A stretch of DNA of 64,000 nucleotides from a phage. A program made the translations under genes and the position numbers. The number at the start of each line of letters is the position of its first letter. The first letter of the stretch is position 1. The notes beneath the pieces were generated by a model, which had not been told where the DNA came from, ran no database searches, and saw only the letters and a list, made by a program, of their open reading frames with translations. Below are positions 58,464 to 64,000 of this stretch, piece by piece. The DNA lies in assembly GCA_027262695.1 (NCBI GenBank), contig GCA_027262695.1_4722.1; one strand, written 5' to 3'.

Positions 58464-58994
58464 TTAAAGTGCGTTCAATTCTTCAGGTGTACGTACGGTA
58501 CGGGTGTTAGGATCAACCATTGCCGGTGTGCCAGCAGGACATTTGCGAACATCGATCCGCATCTCAGGTTCGATCGGACGAATACGGTATGTTTTACCGT
58601 CATCGGTTAATACCGAAATCGTCAACGCCTGGTTCAGTTCATTAACGAAGTTCACCAAACGTTGTTGACCTCCTTTCGCCCAGAAGTTAAGATCGGTTTC
58701 TCCATTAAAATAGCTGATCCCTTCAGCGGTGCCAATCGTGATCTTAACGATGCCAGGATAATCACGAAGAAGAGGTGCTTGATAACCTTCGTCCTCTGTA
58801 TCCAGTTTTACCCACGCACCACCTGTGGACAAGCAATTAACTTCTAACGCGGTTGGTGCACTAACCTCCGCTGATGACCAGGTATACATGGTACCTAGTT
58901 TTGCGTGTCCGGTTTCCAGTTCGCTGTAATCCCAAGCCTGTGCTGACGCGGTAATAAAGAAAGCAGCAAGAAACAACTTTTTCATTCTTTTCAA
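58464..58994 (-). CDS. secreted protein of unknown function
   Basis: 176 aa; signal peptide MKRMKKLFLAAFFITASAQA. Confidence 0.55.
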   Translation of the reverse strand: MKRMKKLFLAAFFITASAQAWDYSELETGHAKLGTMYTWSSAEVSAPTALEVNCLSTGGAWVKLDTEDEGYQAPLLRDYPGIVKITIGTAEGISYFNGETDLNFWAKGGQQRLVNFVNELNQALTISVLTDDGKTYRIRPIEPEMRIDVRKCPAGTPAMVDPNTRTVRTPEELNAL

Positions 58995-59039
58995 TTCCTA
59001 TTAGAGTGACCGATTATAGTGGTCGAGATTGCTAATAAC

Positions 59040-59474
59040 TTAATTCTGGTATTGTTTTCGTAATGCGCGATTACGTTTGCGTTCTTGGTTTTTAACGGTA
59101 CCAAGAAACAGCTTCAATTCTGACGGTTTAAGCGTACCCTCACGTACCGCACCGTTTTGTTCGATGTGATACGTCCAATGATCGACTTCCGCGGTTAAGA
59201 CTAACGTGGTGGGTTGTTCATCAGGTAACGATCGGGGTGAGAAAATAAAGAGTAATTCAAAAGGCGTTTCTCGGCTGATGATAGGACGGATACTAACATC
59301 AAGGCCCTCCCATCGCTGAGGTTTAAATATTCCTCCAGCCGCGACGATTGTCTCCGAGCGTTGTTCTACAAGCTGGGCTAATTCACGATCGTCATTGAAA
59401 TAAATATCGTGAAGGATATCTGTATCGATAAAAAATCCGCGCTCCGAATCGTGATGAACAATTGAATTCTTCAT
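59040..59474 (-). CDS. hypothetical protein
   Basis: 144-aa ORF. Confidence 0.45.
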   Translation of the reverse strand: MKNSIVHHDSERGFFIDTDILHDIYFNDDRELAQLVEQRSETIVAAGGIFKPQRWEGLDVSIRPIISRETPFELLFIFSPRSLPDEQPTTLVLTAEVDHWTYHIEQNGAVREGTLKPSELKLFLGTVKNQERKRNRALRKQYQN

Positions 59475-59526
59475 TTTAACGCCTTTTGTTGTTTGCTATC
59501 ATGTCCTATACGAACATGAAAAATCG

Positions 59527-59802
59527 TTAATCTTTACCGTTGAACGTAACGCCACGGCCGGTTACCGACGAAGGAACCTTGAGATAATAGAAGTAAATGT
59601 AATTGTCGCGATGGCTAAAATGGTTTTTGCAAGCATAGTACTCTCCAGCTCCAATGAATGATTTAATACGTGTAATTTGAGGGTGTCGTGCAAGCAACGC
59701 ACGTATCACGATTTCCATCTGATGGTCATTCAAACCCGGTCGTGCGTCGACGTGGAAATGAAGGTCCTTGAGGAACCGTTTCCAGGGATCAGGCTTTGAC
59801 AT
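59527..59802 (-). CDS. hypothetical protein
   Basis: Start set at ATG 59802 (AAGGAGGTGA RBS); ORF-track start lies in hairpin. Confidence 0.45.
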   Translation of the reverse strand: MSKPDPWKRFLKDLHFHVDARPGLNDHQMEIVIRALLARHPQITRIKSFIGAGEYYACKNHFSHRDNYIYFYYLKVPSSVTGRGVTFNGKD

Positions 59803-59842
59803 CGTCACCTCCTTTAATAAGTAGCAGGAATGCGGCATAGAA

Positions 59843-59860
59843 CCCTCCCCGGAGGGAGGG
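59843..59860. promoter_or_regulatory. short GC-rich stem-loop preceded by GGCATAGA
   Basis: ccctccccggagggaggg. Confidence 0.5.
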
Positions 59861-59869
59861 TATGTAATG

Positions 59870-60427
59870 TTATTCCATCCAGACTTCTTCGTCGTAATGG
59901 TTCTCTATTGCGTTGCGCCAGAAGCGAACGGTATCCAAACTGATCGGCGTATAGAAATGTTGGTCAACACCGACGTTGAGTCCGTTTGCTTTCGCTAACA
60001 TACAACGATGGATATGTCCAAACAGATTGAAATACCCTGGGTTTCTTTCACTGGGTTTATGGCATAACCAATAAGACTCGTCGTTATTGATCGGCAATAC
60101 CAACGGATGTTCATAAACCGCAGCAAATCCCATATCAAGGAGCTTGTCGCGGAAAGCATCAAAACTCAACCCGCTCGCCTTGCAGGCGTCCTCGTCCCAA
60201 TTCCCGAGTACTAACTGAACCTGGATATCAGAACGAATGGCTTCAATGAACTCGAACTTGCCCCAATCGCCCAGATGCCACAACACGCTGTTCTTAGGGA
60301 GATTGTTGATGGCTTTCAGCATGTGTTGGTTCATGTCAGCCACGCTTGCAAACGGACGACGTGAATACACCCGGGTGCGTTCGCTGTCAAAATGCGTATC
60401 TGAAGTAAAGAAGATAGATGGGATCAT
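59870..60427 (-). CDS. metallophosphoesterase (calcineurin-like phosphatase fold)
   Basis: 185 aa; motifs SDTHFD, HLGDW, GNWDED, GHIH. Confidence 0.65.
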   Translation of the reverse strand: MIPSIFFTSDTHFDSERTRVYSRRPFASVADMNQHMLKAINNLPKNSVLWHLGDWGKFEFIEAIRSDIQVQLVLGNWDEDACKASGLSFDAFRDKLLDMGFAAVYEHPLVLPINNDESYWLCHKPSERNPGYFNLFGHIHRCMLAKANGLNVGVDQHFYTPISLDTVRFWRNAIENHYDEEVWME

Positions 60428-60906
60428 CGATCTAATTGCTCCAGAAATGCACGCCCTGATTTACTTGCACGCAAATGTTGTTCTGCGGAAGTCAGCAGCA
60501 CGTCGGTTGGCGTATAGGCTACACTGCCTTTCCACTCCGTCTTCAGCTTACCCTCTTCGATGCTGAACTGAATCAGTTGTTGGGTGCCAAAATTAAGCGT
60601 GTTGGTTGCTGCGCTGAATACACCACCCATCATGCTGTAACCAAAGACTTTCGCATCTTCTGCATAGAAGTCGTTGTCGATCAATTTGTTCTGTAGTTCC
60701 AGCTGATCGGACGGCAGCAGTCCACCATCAAAGACACTTAGAATACCGGCTAAGCGATAAATACTCACCTTTCCTGAAACACCCACCACGTAATTGCCGT
60801 ATGGTGTTTCCTCAAGCTTCGCGACGACGGTGCGATCATCGGAGGTTTTCATTGAAACCTCAATGCCATCATCGATTTCCGTTAATGTTAAATCAACAAT
60901 ACTCAT
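60424..60906 (-). CDS. hypothetical protein
   Basis: 160-aa ORF overlapping downstream start by 4 nt. Confidence 0.5.
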   Translation of the reverse strand: MSIVDLTLTEIDDGIEVSMKTSDDRTVVAKLEETPYGNYVVGVSGKVSIYRLAGILSVFDGGLLPSDQLELQNKLIDNDFYAEDAKVFGYSMMGGVFSAATNTLNFGTQQLIQFSIEEGKLKTEWKGSVAYTPTDVLLTSAEQHLRASKSGRAFLEQLDR

Positions 60907-60927
60907 TTGTTTTCTCCGCGTTCATGT

Positions 60928-61614
60928 TTAACACATGATTTCACCATGTTTCTTTTCAACATACGTATAAACATCATCCAAATAAGCGATGAGTTTATCA
61001 CGATTCGCACAAAGCGATTTGATCGTTGCAATCTCTTTCGTATAAAGCTGCTGGCCCAGGGCTGGATAAGTAATCCAAGCATAACCATCAGGTGCGAATT
61101 TAGAGATAAGGTAATCGGCGGTTTCCTGTAATGCGAACTCCTTGCTCATCTGGCCGTAGCGGTGTTCGATAGCACGAATACCAAAACGTTCACTATCAAG
61201 ACGACCCATATCCGCCAAACGAAGAACCTGAGAAGCCACAGAACTACGTGGACCGGAATACGAGGCGCGATGTTCAGCAATGAGTACGCGTATCTCCTCG
61301 ATATCTTCCGGTGTGAAAATATGTTGCTCATTACGAAGTAAGATAATCGACGCGCGAATACCGCCAATAAGGTGGTGGTATGTTCTGTTCTCATGACAAG
61401 CGATATCATGCATGAACGCTGCGGTTAACAGACGACGGCGTTCAACCGGTCGAATGATACCAACCACATCAGCAAGTTCATTTGCCAGTTCGACAACAGC
61501 AAGGACATGTTCTTCTTGATGGGCAAGATCGTTCTTTTTAATGTTATCAATAACTTCAGTGCGTGTTTCCTGAGATAAGAAATTTAAGCAGTCTAACGAA
61601 AATAAAGATTTCAT
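60928..61614 (-). CDS. HD-domain phosphohydrolase
   Basis: 228 aa; H...HD...D pattern (EEHVLAV, AAFMHDIACHE, RLADMGRLD); conserved upstream motif at 61654-61690. Confidence 0.6.
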   Translation of the reverse strand: MKSLFSLDCLNFLSQETRTEVIDNIKKNDLAHQEEHVLAVVELANELADVVGIIRPVERRRLLTAAFMHDIACHENRTYHHLIGGIRASIILLRNEQHIFTPEDIEEIRVLIAEHRASYSGPRSSVASQVLRLADMGRLDSERFGIRAIEHRYGQMSKEFALQETADYLISKFAPDGYAWITYPALGQQLYTKEIATIKSLCANRDKLIAYLDDVYTYVEKKHGEIMC

Positions 61615-61653
61615 CGTACGTACCTCTTTGACTGTATTAATAAATCGTGTTTA

Positions 61654-61690
61654 CTCACGTAAGTAATATAGCCGTGAAAGGATTTGTATT
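61654..61690 (-). promoter_or_regulatory. conserved upstream motif copy 3
   Basis: Plus-strand agtaatatagccgtgaaaggatttgtatt. Confidence 0.45.
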
Positions 61691-61757
61691 GGCACGTTCG
61701 ACGTTCATCGTATTTTATGGATTGTCGAATGACGTCATTTTAAGGGACATCCCCGGC

Positions 61758-61791
61758 CTCCTCCCCAGGAAAGGTGTGGGGAGGAGTTTTT
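61758..61791 (+). promoter_or_regulatory. stem-loop followed by T5 in helicase 5-prime region (terminator-like, rightward orientation)
   Basis: ctcctcccc / ggggaggag stem with 11-nt loop, then ttttt. Confidence 0.45.
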
Positions 61792-61820
61792 ACCAGACTT
61801 TTATTAATTCGAGTGCGAGT

Positions 61821-63902
61821 ATGTTAGATAGAATAAATCGCCTAATGAACCGGATAACGGTTAAAAATCAAAGCAACAATACCGTGCATGTTGGGGGTAT
61901 CGATGCCTGGCGTCTTTCGGACGATATCCAGCGAATCTGGGGTACCTCTCGGTTTATGAAATATATGTTTCGTAACTTCTCTTCCAGCGGTCTTAGCATT
62001 CACAACTTCTATCTGCCTGATTTCGTTTATATTCTTGAAACGATCATTGATGCAAAGAACACCCGCAGCAACAAGCGGATGCTAAAACGCCTTGTTGAAG
62101 TCTTGTTAGAAGAAACCTGGCTGCAAAATACCACCATCGAACAGCCAGCCATTCTTGATAAAGCGCGCATGAAGAAAATGATGACGCTTTCTTTGTTCGA
62201 TTATCAAGATGAGTATCTCGACATTTATAACCGCAACGTTCCGAAATATCGATTAAAAGGCCATGTGTGTGCGATGGGTGCCGGGGCGGGTAAAACAATT
62301 ACCGCGTTGGCGTTAAGCGCTGCCTTGGGTGTTGACGTCTTCGTGGCATGCTGTCCTAAGAACACCATGCGTTCGGCATGGCAATCAGATTTACATAAAG
62401 CGCTTGTGGATCCTGCAACCGAATCCGCATTCTGGTCTGATGTGATGCCCCCAACCCAGTTACAGAAAAGCGATAAATATTACTTCCTGCATTACGAGCA
62501 GATGGGATTGTTAAACGAGATCATGCTCAAGCATAAACGCACAGCAAAACGTGTGTTGATCGTTGTCGATGAAAGCCATAACTTCAACGATAAGAACAGT
62601 CAACGTTCTCAGCGTTTGGTTGATCTGGTACAGACGATGCGTCAAACCATGAATGCGGACATACATGTCTTATTTATGTCGGGTACGCCTGTTAAACAGA
62701 TGGGTTCTGAAATGATCCCATGTTTAGGTTGCATTGACCCGATGTTCCAAGGCCAGGTGGTTGATAGCTTCAAGTCGATTTACGGTTTAACCAGCAGTCG
62801 TGCTAATGATATCTTAAGGCATCGTCTTGGATTCATGATGCATGTCGTACCCAAAGAAGCTTACCGTAAGACACGGCCTGAGGTTCAGGACGTATACGTG
62901 AAACTGCCTAACGGTAGTGATTACACCATCTCAAGTATCCGTGACGATATGGCGGTGTTTGTGCGTGACCGTGCAAAATACTACAAAGATAACTGGGGGC
63001 ATTACCGGAAGATTTTCGATGATGCGCTGGATTTCTATCGTCGGACCATACGGACGGAAGGTGAGCGTAAAGAACTGTCTCGTTATGAATCCATCGTCGC
63101 CCGCTTTCAGAAAGGTTACGATCCTGTCAGGGATAAAGAAGACGCCATGTTCTGCAACGTGTTCGAGAAACGAGCGATCATGCCGATTCTTCCTCCCGAT
63201 TTACGGATTGCGTTCAAAGACGCCAAAAGCGTCATCAAGTACGTCGGATTGAAGATTCAAGGGGAAGCCTTGGCAAGGGTTCTTGGCGCAGCGCGCATTC
63301 AATGCCACGTTGATATGGTCGAGTATATCGATTTTGAAGGGTATATCAACAATGCTGAAGCCAAAGTGCTGATCTTCACGTCATACGTTCAGGTAGTTGA
63401 ACGCGTTGATAACCTGCTTCGCGATGCGGGCTTCTTACCAGAACCGATCTACGGGAAGACCAACAAGAACATTAACCAGATCCTCGCGCGATTACGCGAT
63501 GATCCTGACAGCGGTCCCGCTATCGCAACCTTTGATAGTTTAGCGGAAGGGGTTCCTATGTTAATGTGTAACGTCGGCCTTTTCTTAAATAACCCCTGGC
63601 GTTCCTCCGATGAGATCCAAGCCATCAGTCGTCTCGACCGTGTTGGTCAAACCCAACCTGTTCGTATCTATCGTTTCATGCTGGATACTGGCAGCGAAGG
63701 TAACGTTTCAACACGAAGCCAAGAGATCATGGAGTTAAGTCGTCAGCTGGTTGAAGAAATCACAGGTGTTAAATACAATGTGAATAAACAAGCCGACGTT
63801 AACCTACAAGAAACGCTGGCTATGGAAGGGTACGATAGATACTTGACGATTAATACCCCTGGGTTTGAAATCAAACCGCGTTCCACGTTCTTAGAATGGT
63901 AA
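61821..63902 (+). CDS. SF2 helicase, SNF2-like ATPase
   Basis: Walker A GAGAGKT, DEXH box VVDESHNF, SGTPV, motif VI QAISRLDRVGQ; start set at ATG 61821 after hairpin. Confidence 0.7.
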   Translation: MLDRINRLMNRITVKNQSNNTVHVGGIDAWRLSDDIQRIWGTSRFMKYMFRNFSSSGLSIHNFYLPDFVYILETIIDAKNTRSNKRMLKRLVEVLLEETWLQNTTIEQPAILDKARMKKMMTLSLFDYQDEYLDIYNRNVPKYRLKGHVCAMGAGAGKTITALALSAALGVDVFVACCPKNTMRSAWQSDLHKALVDPATESAFWSDVMPPTQLQKSDKYYFLHYEQMGLLNEIMLKHKRTAKRVLIVVDESHNFNDKNSQRSQRLVDLVQTMRQTMNADIHVLFMSGTPVKQMGSEMIPCLGCIDPMFQGQVVDSFKSIYGLTSSRANDILRHRLGFMMHVVPKEAYRKTRPEVQDVYVKLPNGSDYTISSIRDDMAVFVRDRAKYYKDNWGHYRKIFDDALDFYRRTIRTEGERKELSRYESIVARFQKGYDPVRDKEDAMFCNVFEKRAIMPILPPDLRIAFKDAKSVIKYVGLKIQGEALARVLGAARIQCHVDMVEYIDFEGYINNAEAKVLIFTSYVQVVERVDNLLRDAGFLPEPIYGKTNKNINQILARLRDDPDSGPAIATFDSLAEGVPMLMCNVGLFLNNPWRSSDEIQAISRLDRVGQTQPVRIYRFMLDTGSEGNVSTRSQEIMELSRQLVEEITGVKYNVNKQADVNLQETLAMEGYDRYLTINTPGFEIKPRSTFLEW

Positions 63903-64000
63903 TTAAGAAGCTCTGCCCGAAGGCAGAGCTTTATGCCGGATTTACCACGAAATCGTATGACGCGATATGCGTCTTTAATTAAAGGAAAAGCGCGAAATGA

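Overview
The window reads as a contiguous 64-kb segment of a large virulent tailed phage of enterobacteria; coding density is very high, and almost all genes are on the minus strand with short or overlapping junctions. The overall layout resembles multi-fibre myoviruses such as rV5/phi92-type phages, but that assignment is a low-confidence guess. No tRNA, rRNA, CRISPR array, integrase or reverse transcriptase was found. All calls are from reading the sequence and the ORF track by eye; no searches or folding were run.

Content, from left to right:
- 34-7,700: genes of unknown function, interrupted by a four-gene plus-strand island (4203-7246) that ends in a putative macro-domain protein.
- 8,287-23,220: a receptor-binding locus of five or six tail fibre/tailspike genes sharing an N-terminal attachment domain. 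It includes a P2 gpH-like long fibre with tandem fibre repeats and a C-terminal S74-type chaperone, a fibre with DUF285-type repeats, a lipoprotein gene directly after the long fibre, and a C12 homopolymer.
- 23,350-28,500: a probable lysis region with a signal-peptide SleB-like cell-wall hydrolase and a chain of small membrane proteins.
- 28,500-37,100: small unknown proteins, a SAM methyltransferase, a GNAT acetyltransferase, and a tandem array of six paralogous HTH proteins.
- 37,067-41,223: NAD-dependent DNA ligase and a Dam methyltransferase whose frame is broken inside a G11 tract.
- 47,788-49,914: thymidylate synthase split by a ~1.1-kb group I-type intron carrying a GIY-YIG homing endonuclease.
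- 50,188-63,902: three tandem paralogs, a DEDDh exonuclease, a metallophosphoesterase, an HD-domain protein and a plus-strand SNF2-like helicase.

GC-rich stem-loops of the form CCCTCC...GGAGGG sit in many intergenic gaps, one of them as an exact 32-bp repeat 46 kb apart, and a conserved 25-bp motif precedes three minus-strand genes.

The candidates I would look at first for something undescribed are the six-gene HTH array, the opposite-strand macro-domain island, and the two homopolymer tracts (one breaking Dam, one inside the fibre locus).
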